Source: Negaprion brevirostris
Taxonomy: Eukaryota
Assembly (NCBI GenBank): GCA_030324005.1
Contig: JARDVH010000150.1
Coordinates: 10,677,506-10,739,566, forward strand
DNA: 62,061 nucleotides
Direction: 5' to 3'
Part shown: positions 1 to 11,300 of the stretch, piece by piece
Position numbering within the stretch: position 1 is the stretch's first letter
Layout of the letters: every line of letters begins with the position of its first letter
The notes under the pieces: model-generated
Database searches by the model: none
What the model was told of the DNA's origin: nothing
The model's input: only the letters and a program-made list of their open reading frames with translations
Program-made: the position numbers and the translations under genes

Positions 1-97
1 ATCCACTTCAGATCAGCCATGATCTTATTGAATGGCGGGGCAGGCTCGAAGGGCTAGATGGCCTACTCCTGCTCTTACTTCTTATGTTCTTATGTTC
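1..97 (+). mobile_element. CR1/HER1 LINE 3' tail
   Basis: GATCAGCCATGATCTTATTGAATGGCGGGGCAGGCTCGAAGGG...CCTACTCCTGCTC followed by a (TTATGTTC)n terminal microsatellite. Confidence 0.85.
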
Positions 98-99
98 TA

Positions 100-785
100 A
101 GTCTCCAGTCTATCTATACCTTGTTGTATCTTCTGACAAACCCCAGCACTATCAGCAACTCCGCCAATCTTTGTGTCATCCCAGCACTGATCCTTGGAGA
201 ACACCACTAGCTACAGATCTCCATTCTGAAAAACATCCTTCCACTGCTACTCTCTGTCTTCCACGACCAAGCCAGTTCCATATCCATCTAGCCAGCCCAC
301 CCCCAAATCCTATGTGATTTTAGTTTTTGTACCAGTCTGCCATATGGGACCTTGTCAAACTCATCCACAGCCCTTCCATCACCAATTATCTTTGTCATCT
401 CTTCAAAAAACTTTATCAAGTTCATGAGACATGACTTTCCCTGTACAAAACCAAGCTGTCTGTCACTAACTAGTCCATTTTCTTCCAAATGTGCATATAT
501 CCCATCCCTCAGTACCTCCTCTAAAAGCTTCTCCACCACTGACGTCAGGCTCATCAGCCTATAATTTCCTAGATTATCCTGCTTCCTTTCTTAAACAAGG
601 GAATAAAATTGGCTATTCTCCTGTCCTCTGGAACCTCGCCTGTGGTCAAAGAGGACGTAAAGATATCTGTTAAGGCCCCAGTTATTTCTTCCCTTACCTC
701 CCACAGTAACTTGGGATAGATCCCATCTGACCCCAGGGACTTGTCTACTTTAATGCAAATTAGGATACTCAACACTTCCTTCTTC
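100..785 (-). mobile_element. CR1-clade LINE reverse transcriptase fragment (disrupted)
   Basis: ORFs 569-775 and 288-554 give KVDKSLGSDGIYPKLL..., QLGFVQGKSCLMNLIKFFE... and FDKVPYGRLVQKL, which are CR1 RT motifs. Confidence 0.9.
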
Positions 786-844
786 GATATATCTTCTTCA
801 GATGCTGTTTGTCATGAATGTATTGTTCTCTGCAGCAGTTTCTT

Positions 845-1450
845 ATTATTGTTTCACAGGATGTGGGTTCCGCTGACAAGGCCAGCATTTATTGCCCAAT
901 CCTGGCAATAAATTCCAGGATTTTGACCCAGTGGGAATGAAGGAGTGGAGATATAATTACGAATCAGGATGGTGATGGTTTGAAGGGGAACTCCCAGATG
1001 GTGGTGTTCGCCATGAATCTGCTGTCTCTGTCCTTCTAGTTGGGAGTCAGTGTGGGTTCAGATGGTGTTACCTAAGGAGCCTTAGTAAGTTCCTGCAGTT
1101 GGAGCTGCACCCACCTAGGCAAGGGGAGAATATTCCATCACATTCCTGACATGTGCCTTGTAGTTAATGAACAAGCTCTGGGGCGTTGGGAGATAAGTTC
1201 TCGTCACAGCATTCCTAGCATCTGACCTTCTCTTGTAACCATTGTGTTTATATGATTAGCCCAGTTCAATTTCTGGTCAATGGTACCCCCAGGATGTTGA
1301 TAGTGGGCGATTCAGCAATGACAATATCATGGAATGTAAAATGAAGTTAGATTCTCTCTTGTTGGAAATGGTCATTGCCTGGCACTCGTGTGGTGCAAAT
1401 GTTACTTCTTGAGTATGGTTGGAGCTGCACTCATCCAGGCAAGTGGAGCA
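845..1450 (-). mobile_element. CR1/L2-group LINE 3' portion (second LINE family)
   Basis: VTFAPHECQAMTISNKRES peptide (ORF 1277-1462) and the tail GGGCAATAAATGCTGGCCTTG read on the minus strand. Same family as 26880-27260. Confidence 0.75.
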
Positions 1451-1672
1451 TCTTAGATACAATTGAATGACTTGCTAGCCCCATCCTGAGAGCATAGTCA
1501 ACTACACTTGAATGGAACTGGATTTGATGCAGGCTCAGACTTGGTAAGGACAGCAAATGACCTTTCCTAAAGAACATGAATGAACAAATTGGATTTTTTA
1601 ACAATCTGACAATTTCATGGTAATTTCTATGAAGAGCAGCTAGTTATTTCTACATTTTAAAAATTGTATCAA

Positions 1673-1994
1673 GGGCATCACGGTGGCACAGCGGTTAGCA
1701 CTACTGCCTCACAGTGCCAGAGACCTGGGTTCAATTCCTGCCTTGGGTCTGTTTGAAGGTTGCACGTTCTCCCTATGCCTGCGTGGATTTCCTTCAGGTA
1801 CTGCAGTTTACTCCCACACTCCAAAAATGTGTGGGTTAGGTGGATTGGCCATGCTAAAAATGACCCTTAGTGTGAGGGAGAATTAGCAATGTAAAGACCT
1901 GGGATTACGGGCATAGGGCCTGGGTGGGATTGTTGTCAGTACAATACGTTGGGCTGAATGGCCTCTTTCTACATTGTATGGATTCTATGATTCT
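1673..1994 (+). mobile_element. HE1-type V-SINE (tRNA-derived), full length
   Basis: Pol III A/B boxes (GTGGCACAGCGG; GGTTCAATTCC), V-domain, and a CR1-type tail ending GATTCTATGATTCT. Inserted in a second SINE (about 1460-2020, minus). Confidence 0.9.
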
Positions 1995-3112
1995 CTGCAG
2001 TAGTGGGATTTAAATTCTGGATAATTTATTCACATTTTTGAGTTATTGACTCATGGCCATTTGGCCCATTGACTCCATGCTGGCTCTCCATCAAGCAACT
2101 CAGTCAATCCCATCCCCCCTCTTTAACCATTTAACCCTCCAGGTTTATTTCCCTCAAGCAGTATCCAATTTCCTTTGATCATTTCTGCTTCCACCATCCC
2201 TGTAGGCAATAATTTCCAAATCATTACCACTCTGTGTAATATTGCTCTTCCTTACAAATCACCTGCATCGCTTGTCCGAAACTTTAAACCAGTGTTCCGC
2301 AGTTCTTGGGGAAACTCCCCTCAGCTATTGGGAACAATTTCTCCTTGTCTATCTTGTCTAAAACTGTCATAATCATTACTAGCCAATAAGAAAACCATTG
2401 CATTTTCACACCATCTCCAGCAGAAGGAATATTATTGGACATGTTTCTAATGATTACACAATACACTGTAAGAATAGCCCCAGACTAAACAGGTTGAGAT
2501 GAATATTTTACCAATTTACTACACTGTTTCAGCACAGTATTATCAAGAATTACCCCCTTTGCCTCTTGTTCCCCTCTGCCACCCTCTCCTGACCCTCTAT
2601 CCCCTTGCATGTATAATGTTCTGCCTTCCCCAGTCTGCTCTGAGTTAAATTCTTTGTCTTCATGTGGTTTGATGGCTAACACTGATGCAGGAACCATTCC
2701 CACTTCCTTCACAGCACCAAAACTCACAAGGTGTTGATTATCTGACACTATGAGGTGTAAAGATGTATTTTAAAATTCAAATTGTATTTTTTATCACGTT
2801 TCTATATTCCTGTGCATCCTTCATGTCACCTGAATAGCTGAGAGCTGTAGATTTCTCCCTGGAATCCCATTTGTCTTTGTTACAAAAGACCTGTATCCTC
2901 AATATCCCAAATCATGCACGTGGCCCTTGCTATACCACTTTCAATTACTTTTGGACAACTAGAGAAAGGCTAAATGTTTCTAAGGGGAATCCTTCATTGC
3001 AAATATATCACATTTTTACATCTCCGCTCTTATAGATTAATGATTAGCTATTGAGTTCCCATTCATGACTTGCTGAAAAGTTCATAGAAACTTGATCTAA
3101 ACTTGTTGAGTA

Positions 3113-3900
3113 AAAGGAATAAGAACATGCATTTATTTAAGGCCTTTCACTTACTTAAGTTTAAAGTTTATTTATTAATGTCACAAGTAGGCTTACAATA
3201 ACACTGCAATGAAGCTGACAGAACCCCTACAGTGCGGAAGGAGGCCATTTGGCCCATCGAGTCTGCATCAACCACAGTCCCATCCAGGCCCTATCTCCAT
3301 AACCCCCTGCATTTCCCCTAGCTAGACCCCCTGACACTAAAGGGTCATTTAGAATGGCCAATTCACCTAATCTACACATCTTTGGACTGTGGGAGGAAAC
3401 CAGAGCATCCTGGCGGAAACCCACACAGATAGTGACCTGGGCAGGGAATTGAACCCTGGTCCCTGGCACTGTGAGACAGAGTGCTAACCACTGTGCCACC
3501 ATACCACCCAGTTACTGTGAAAATCCCTTCTTAGGATGTCCTAAGATGCTTTACAGCCAATGAAATACATTTGAGGTGTCGTCACTGTTGCAATGTAGGA
3601 ATCACAACAGCCAATTTTGACACAGCAAACTCCCTCCTTCAGCAATGTCTAGATAATTGGATTTTAGGTATTGGTTGAGAGATAATTATTGGCTTGGACA
3701 GGATAGAAACCATATCCCTGTTTTCCTTAGAAATAGTACTTTGAGAACTTTTGCATCTGCTTGAAAGGACAGATAGGGTCTACTTCAGTGCCTCATCTGA
3801 AAGATGCAATTCAATCAGTGCAGCATTCCGTTAGTCCTGGACTGTCGTGCAACTTAGATATTGTGGTTAAGTCTTTGAAGTGAGACAACCATCTGAGCCA
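3113..3900 (-). mobile_element. Deu-domain SINE (SacSINE1/AmnSINE1-like) with nested insertions
   Basis: The reverse strand reads TCTTTCAGATGAGG...TTGCTGTGTCAAAATTGGCTG...CATTGGCTGTAAAGC...GTGAAAGGCC. Interrupted at about 3157-3527 by SINE pieces. Confidence 0.7.
3220..3510 (-). mobile_element. HE1-type V-SINE
   Basis: Reverse complement of the 1673-1994 family, with an internal deletion. Confidence 0.9.
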
Positions 3901-4239
3901 TTATCACTATAGATTTGCACTGAGCTGAACACTATGGAAAGGTCACTATGTAGCTCCACATCGCATACAAGTCAATGGTGAGACCAGTTATGGAGCCTAG
4001 GATACATTTTTAGTCATCCTATCTCAAAGAAGGCAATAGGTGCATCGGAAAGGCTTCAGAAGAGACAGATCTGCAGTTCTTGGCCTTGCTGAGTCTAAGT
4101 TATGAAGGCAGATTCAAGGGATTAGATTGCTGCACGTCAAGCATCAGAGAATCAAAGATTCATACTGGAGAGAAACATGCCATTCTGTCCATCAAATCTG
4201 TGTTTGCTCTTTCAGAGAGCAATCTGGTTTGTCCAACTG

Positions 4240-4800
4240 GTAGAACCATGGAAAGGTCATGGCATAGAAAAATGCCATTCAGCCCATCATGTCTGAGCTA
4301 GCCAAAAAAAAATTTTAAAAACTAGCTGACCATTCTAATCCTACCTCTCAGCACTAGGTCCATAGCTCTGCAGCTTCCAGCACTTCAGGTGCAGATCCAG
4401 GTAGTTTTTAAATGATTTTAGGATTTCCACCACCAAACCAGGCAGCAAACTCCAAACCTCTACCACTCTCTGAGTGAAGAAGTTTTCCTTTAGTCCTTCT
4501 ACCAATTGCCTTAAATCAGTGCCCTCTGATAATTGACCACACTGCTTGGAAAAAGGGACATTCCTGTCCTGCCCCTCATAATTTTTTACACCTCTGTTAG
4601 GTCAACCCTCAGCCTCCTCAGTTCTGAAAAAAAACAACTCCAGCCTGTCCAATTATTCCACATAGATCCAATTTTAAGCCCTGGCAACATTCTTGTAAAT
4701 CTCCTCTGCACTCTCTCCAAAGCAAAGATGTCCTTCCTGCAATGTGATGACCAGAACTGTACATAAAATTCCAGCTGTGGCCTAACCAGTGCTCCATCAT
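4240..4800 (-). mobile_element. CR1 LINE 3' end
   Basis: Minus strand encodes the CR1 ORF2 C-terminal region (QFWS.., ERVQRRFTRM-like, frameshifted) followed by the 3'UTR. Confidence 0.8.
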
Positions 4801-4807
4801 TATATCA

Positions 4808-5258
4808 TAAAGGCAAAATACTGCAGATGTTGGAATCTGAAACAAAAACAGGAAATGCTGGAAAATCTCAGCAGGTCAGACAGTATCTGTGGAGAGAGAA
4901 TAAAGCCAATGTTTCGAGTCTGGATGACCCTTCAGGGGTAGGGGGTGCAGTGTTATCCCAAAGTCCNNNNNNNNNNNNNNNNNNNNNNNNNNNNNNNNNN
5001 NNAATCAACATCACAGAAAAATAGATTATTCGATAACTATCATATTGTTTGTGGGGGCTTGTTGTACACAAATTGGCTGCTGTGTTTCCTATCTTACAAC
5101 AATGGTTACATTTCAAAAAGTATTTAATTTTCTGTAAGATGTGTAGCTCTGATAAAGGGCCATCCAGACTCAAAACGTTGGCTTTATTCTCTCTCTCCAC
5201 AGACGCTGCCAGACCAGCTGAGATTTTCCAGCATTTTCTGTTTTTGTTTCTAATATCT
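4808..5258. mobile_element. Penelope-type terminal repeats in inverted orientation (about 4808-4934 and 5145-5258)
   Basis: AAAACAGGAAATGCTGGAAAATCTCAGCAGGTC...GTTTCGAGTCTGGATGACCCTTC and its reverse complement flank a gap and a Deu-SINE piece (5003-5140). Confidence 0.65.
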
Positions 5259-5479
5259 GCTGGTTGTGAAAATATACTATATAAATAAAGTCAAACTGCA
5301 TTAATATTTTAAACACTGCTGTCAAAACTCCCATAAATCTCTGTTGTAATTAAAATAATCCCACTTTCCTCAATTTATCCATATTGACAGAATATTTCAT
5401 CCCAACTGCACTACCTCGCATGTCTCTGGATTGAACTCCATTTGCCACAGTTCCACCAAGCTGACTAGTCCATTAATAT

Positions 5480-5794
5480 GGGCAGCCCAGTGGCATGGTA
5501 GTTAGCACTGCCGCCTCACAGCGCCAGGGAGCCAGGTTTGATTCCTGGCTTGGGTCACTGTCTGTGTGGAGTTTGCATGTTTTCCTTGTGTCTGCATGGG
5601 TTTCCTCCGGGGGCTCTGATTTCCTCCCACATCCAAAGATGTGTGGGTTAGGTAGATTGATCATGTTAAATTGTCCCTTAGTGTCAGGGAGACTAGCTAG
5701 GGTAAAAGCATGGGGATAGAGCCTCGGTGGAATTGTGATCAGTGCAGATTTGATGGACCAAATGGCCTCCTTGTTCATTGTAGCATTCTGTGAT
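5480..5794 (+). mobile_element. HE1-type V-SINE
   Basis: Same head, V-domain and tail as 1673-1994. Sits inside a minus-strand CR1 relic (about 5390-6070). Confidence 0.9.
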
Positions 5795-6979
5795 ATATTC
5801 CTGCAGTTGACAGCTTTCTTCTTTATCACCAACCATAGGGTCAAGTTTTATATTGTTTGCAGACTTCTTATTCGTCCTCTCCCCTCTATTCAAATCCAAA
5901 TTATTGAAATATATCACAAGAAACAAGGACCCATTACTGAGCCTTGTACTCAGTCACTGAAACATCCATTCACTGTGGCCCTCTACTTCCTGTCCCTGAT
6001 CCAAGTTTGGATCCAACCTGTCACTTCACTTTAGATCCCATGAGCAGTCCGCCATGTGGACCTTATCAAATGATTCTGAATGGAGGGCATGAGGAGAGTC
6101 TGTAGAGTTTGCTTCCTGAGTAAGTGGTCGGGGGAGAACATTGGAGGGATGACCGGATATCTAAGTTAGGTTAGGCAAGTGGAAGTTATCGAATCAAGGC
6201 AAGTAAGAAACACCATTGAATCGAATAATGGAACAGTTTCAAGGGGCTGAGCGGCCTACTCCTTTCCTCTATATTAGATACAAGGTTGATAAACGTAACT
6301 CAGACTATTCATTTGTATGGATAGTAAATACTGGTGGGATGAATAATTAGGTTCAAATGAGATTGCAGGCATTTAAAAACACAATGGGCCGAAGGGCCTC
6401 TTGCTGTCTGTAAAAGTCTAGTTTTTAAGTCTAAAAATTTGCATCAGAAATAACGTACCATAGTTTTCTTAAAGTTCAATATTTTTCAGAAAGTTGAATA
6501 GATCCGAGTATGTGTGAGACATGAAGAGCAAGTGTGTTGGTGAGAATGGATTGAAACTGGACTGTGCCAGACAGAGTCCCACACACCAGTGACCTGAACA
6601 TGATCAAAGGATTTGTTAGTATAGACAGGGAATAGGGAGACATTGTTAAGGAGACATTGATTCAGTGACTGAATCCAAGTTGGGTGGAGGATGGGGGGAG
6701 GAATCTTTAAAGTTGAACTCGGCAGTTTAGGGATGATATCAGGAAACATTCCTCCNNNNNNNNNNAGGGGAAGTTTGAATCTAAAACATGCTCCCTACAG
6801 ATGGATGGGAATGCTGCAGATCAGTCACATTTTTAAGACTGAGATTAATAGATGTTTGTTCCATAACAGTATCATGGAATATAGACAAAAGACAGGTAAG
6901 TGGCATTGAGGTATAGATCTAATCAAATGGGCTCAAGGTTCAGGGAGTTGAATGGATATCACCCATCCATATGTTCACC

Positions 6980-7840
6980 TCCTGACTGCATTGATTTGAC
7001 ACTGACTTTATTAGCTCCCAATTCCATCACCAAGTCCACCTACTTCCACTCCCGAACTGCTTCTGACCATAAACCTGCCTCAGTCCATCAGTTGCTGACA
7101 TCTTCATTTTGTTACCTCCAGACTTTTCCTTAAATCATCCATCCTCCAGATGGATGAACTCACTGCAAAGTATCCTAACTTGCACCCAATCCCCTGGACC
7201 CAACAGAGATCCATGCTCACTGATCTGCACTGGCTCCCAATATGACAGTACCTCCACTTTGACATGTTCATAGAATCGTAGAATGCTACAGTGCAGAAGG
7301 AGGCCTTTCAGCCCATCGAATCTACACCAACCGCAATCCCACCCAGGCCCTATTCCCATAACCCAATGCACTTACCTTAGCTAGTCTCCTTAACACTAAG
7401 GGGCAGCTTAGCATGGCTAATCCACCTAACTGCACATTTCGTATTGTGAGAGGAAACCAAAGCACCCAGAGGAAACGTGCACAGACACGGGGAGAACATG
7501 CAGACTCCACACAGACAGTGACCCAAGCTGGGAATCGAACCTGGGTCCCTGGCACTGTGAGGCAGCAGTGCTAACCAATGTGCCACCTTGCTGCCCTGGT
7601 GTTTATAGCCTCACCTTTTCCCGATCTTTGTGACATTTTGTTACTCTCCAAGACAAATCTGTTCTTCCAATTGTGACCCTTTTCAAATGTTTCTTCAATC
7701 CCTGTGATGATCATGCTTTGGAATACCTTCTTCTAATCCTACCCACTCCCTCGCCTGTTTTAAGACCTTCCTGAAGATTTTGACCAAGTTTCTTGCCCCT
7801 CCTACTACTACCCCTTTCTTTGGCTAGGTGTCCATTTGCT
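6980..7840 (+). mobile_element. L2 LINE 3' relic interrupted by a minus-strand HE1 SINE (7270-7596)
   Basis: SITKSTYFHSR-like and CTCACTGATCTGCACTGGCTCCC (L-x-DLHWLP) L2 motifs, plus a full reverse HE1 copy in the middle. Confidence 0.75.
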
Positions 7841-7849
7841 TAATTTTTG

Positions 7850-8078
7850 GCAGGATGGCACAATGATACACTGCTGCCTCACAGCACAAGGGACCCGGAT
7901 NNNNNNNNNNNNNNNNNNNNNNNNNNNNNNNNNNNNNNNNNNNNNNNNNNNNNNNNNNNNNNNNNNNNNNNNNNNNNNNNNNNNNNNNNNNNNNNNNNNN
8001 GTAGGAAAATGCTTTAAAATGGCGGCGCGGGCTCGTTGGGCCGAAGGGCCTGTTTCCCGTGCCGGGTTGTTCTTTGTC
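7850..8078 (+). mobile_element. HE1 head, assembly gap and CR1-type tail
   Basis: GATGGCACAATG...GGGACCCGG before the Ns, and CTCGTTGGGCCGAAGGGCCTGTTTCC after them. Confidence 0.7.
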
Positions 8079-8094
8079 TAAGAATGGAGCTCAA

Positions 8095-8390
8095 AAGGTG
8101 GTGCAGTGGTTAGCAATGCTGCCTCAAAGCGCCAGGGACCTGGGTTTAATTTAAGGCTTAGGTCGCTGTCAGTGTGGAGTGTGCGCACTCTCCCAATGTC
8201 TCTATGGGTTTCTTCTGGGTGCTCCAGTTTCCTCTCACTCAAGACATGCTGGTTAGGCGCATTAGCCATACTAAAATTCTCCCTCAGTATAGCCAAACAG
8301 GGACCAGACTGTGGCATTTACGGGATTTTCATAGTAACTTCATTGCAGTGTTAATTTAAGCCTATTTGTGACACTAATAAATAAACATTA
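8095..8390 (+). mobile_element. V-SINE variant with alternative 3' tail
   Basis: HE1 head and V-domain, but ends GGGATTTTCATAGTAACTTCATTGCAGTGTTAATTTAAGCCTATTTGTGACACTAATAAATAAAC. Confidence 0.85.
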
Positions 8391-11300
8391 TTTTTTTTCT
8401 GTGCGGTCCTGTAGCCAGGGCTGCTACGCAAATGTAAATTGTTGCTGTTGAACTGAGGGCAAGTGCAAATTTCGAGTCCAAACTTCGACTTTTTGTGAAC
8501 AGTTTCCAGATTAACCTTGTTCCCCATGCAAGACATTGGAAAGCTCCCAAGCCAATGAAAAGAACCTTGATTGGCTGGTTGAGATTGGGCTGCACCCGAC
8601 AGATGTCGCTGTACCTCAATTTCACCGCCCCAAGATTACTGCCACATTTTTCATGTAATAAAATATACAGCGGGAGCTTCCTAACCTCATAAAACACATG
8701 CAGATTATTTTACATTTGTTCCTGCTTAGCGGATAATATTACACAAGCAAAAGTTGGGAGCTAAGAGATAATTATGCGCTTTCTCTGAATTAAATACAAG
8801 TCATAAATTCCCAGGGGAATCTGTAAACTTTTGATTTGATTTCTTTTTATTTGAAGGGGTCGTTTTAACGTTTCATTTTTTGCAACAGGGGTGGAAATAG
8901 GGGAGGACAGAAATAATCGTTTTGTTACATTTACTTTTTTTATTTTGCGACTTTATCCACCAACATTTAAAAAACTACAGCGAAAAAATATTTGTAGTGA
9001 GTAAAATTATTTATCAAACAATTCCTGAAATGTAGGATACACGTGAATTTTTATTTTAAAATCTTTGCTTTTTGTCCTTTTGTTTTAGTCCTTCCGAGTC
9101 GATCGAGGAGCGGCCGAACTGTATTTTAAATCCTTTAATCTTGGGGGGAAAGTTTGATTTTTTTAATATAAAAAAGTAGGTTTCCATCAAAGACAAGGAT
9201 GTATTTTCTCGAAATTTAAGGGAACTGGTTTCAGAAAGCTGAGAAATAGAAGTCAGCGGAGAATAGAAGTATTATTCTGCAGATTTCCTTTTTTAAATCC
9301 ATCGCTTCTACAATTCAGATTCCACCTTTTGTATTATTTCCAAATACACCTTGATCTCTCCCTTATAGTGAAAGAAAATTTTTCTATCTGCCTCGATTTT
9401 GCATCTATTTTTTCTTATTAAAAATTAAATAATACGCCATTCGAAAATTAATTTTGAAAATTAATATTTTCAAATTATTAAATAATTGCAAATATGAAAA
9501 TCATTTTAACGCAAAGGAATGTTTTAATAAAATTCAAGTTATATAGGTTTTTTTTGAAAAACCCTTCAGTGGTTTCTATTAGAATGTTCGATATTACCGG
9601 ATATGTCAAAACAGTCCAAATGCCCCAAACCTGGGAACTGAATAGTTACAGTGCTGGAATGCAGAGTGTTCCCGAGTATTGAAAAGAAGTTGCTCGCTGC
9701 CTTAAATATGTTAGTCAGAATNNNNNNNNNNNNNNNNNNNNNNNNNNNNNNNNNNNNNNNNNNNNNNNNNNNNNNNNNNNNNNNNNNNNNNNNNNNTTCC
9801 TGGAGATTACAGGGGCAATAAGTCACGATAAAAGTTGGGAGCCTAATTCTGCAACCCCCATCCCCATCCTTACTGAACACTACCGCCAGTCCTAATAAAC
9901 ATGTGGCATGGGACAGCGGAATCTACTGGAGTAATATTTAACAAATTGTCGATAGTATCTCCAGTAATCTGAACTTTTATATTCATATACCAAATATGGC
10001 ATCAAGAAGGTTTTAAACTGGGTATAATTTCACTTCATAACGAGCTCCTGAGTGCGGTGCTACTTTTTTTTATTTTTGTCCCATCCGTGTTTATATTTTA
10101 ATATTTGGCTATAATTCGATTAAATGATTATTTCAAATATGAATTTTTCCTGAAAAATGTTCTGTTTTGTGAAGTGCAAAGTTAATGTCAATATATAAAG
10201 CTTTCTTATTTAACTGGCAACCGAATGCAGAATAGCACATTCTGACCATTTTTAATGTGTCTCTTTCGAACCTGATAATGGGTGTTGCACAGAGATACAG
10301 CGACGGGGTTGGAAACAAGTGCAGCGAATTTAAAAATATATTTAATACGGTTTGTTATACAGCGTGGAACTCTGAAAAGTTACAATATCGTTATTACTAA
10401 CATATTTTTAATATTCCACAACAAAACATGAGAGAAACGAATTAAACGGAACTTCAAGTCAAAGCACCAGTCTTAGCAATTTATAATTACAGAATTTATT
10501 AAAGTAAAACAACTGGTTTTAAAAATAGAAGCGTCGTTGGACTTCATTCGATTCTGGAAGTAAAATTAAATCACAAAATAGCTAAAAGGATTTATTCCTT
10601 GACAGAGCGACGTGGCACATTTATAGATAGCAGAAATCTGTACAAAATAACTTTATTTTTCTGTGGTTTTGCAGGGTTTAAGTATGAGTACGTTGGCTGT
10701 TTGTGTACAGTCTGCTATTTTGATGTCGGTGTCTTTTTTTCTGGACACAATAATATTTTGAGTCGGTGCTAGAGCGAGAGACAGCAGCACACCCAAACAA
10801 GGAACATTTTACACAGCCCACTTGTAAAGAACAATTCTCAACCCGAGGACTTTGACCACTTGGACCTACCCCTTCTCCCTTCCAACTTACTTTCAGCATC
10901 GGAGGGGTAACACGGTCGCTGGGACAGATTATAGAGAGATAGAACGAAGAGTAACGGACAGTAAAGCGAGTTTGTATTACCAGGTCTATAGAAATGCTGT
11001 TATTATAAATCCCTTGAAATACAAATTTCCCAACCCTATGCACTTGGTGATTGATCCGAATTAAATCATATAACATGTGGTTGTAGGATCCTTTATAGAA
11101 TTAGGAGCAAGAAAATGATAGATATCAAATGTAAGCAATTGTATATAGAAAACATACCACACTGCCTCCGTCATATTATTGGAGATAATAAGTAATATCT
11201 TGACAGTATAGGACAGGTCCTACAATATGCCATATATACCTTGTAAAATATGTCAGAATTATAGACTAGGGTCTCGGTTTTAAAGTGATGTATTGCGTGT

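Noticed and set aside
1673-1745. tRNA-like A/B boxes
   Set aside because: These are SINE heads, not tRNA genes: there is no complete cloverleaf and each continues into a SINE body.
2498-2737. Ser/Pro-rich open frame after an acceptor-like TTTCAG (TVLSRITPFASCSPLPPSPDPLSP...), a possible last exon of an upstream gene
   Set aside because: No recognisable homology (no MEF2 C-terminal motifs) and no nearby poly(A) signal. It cannot be supported without a search.
10519-10529. TTAAAAATAG MEF2-type sites (also near 13337, 50621 and 52819)
   Set aside because: Common in AT-rich DNA and present equally outside the CpG domain.
10678-11076. 132-aa minus-strand ORF
   Set aside because: No domain similarity that I recognise, and the length is compatible with chance.
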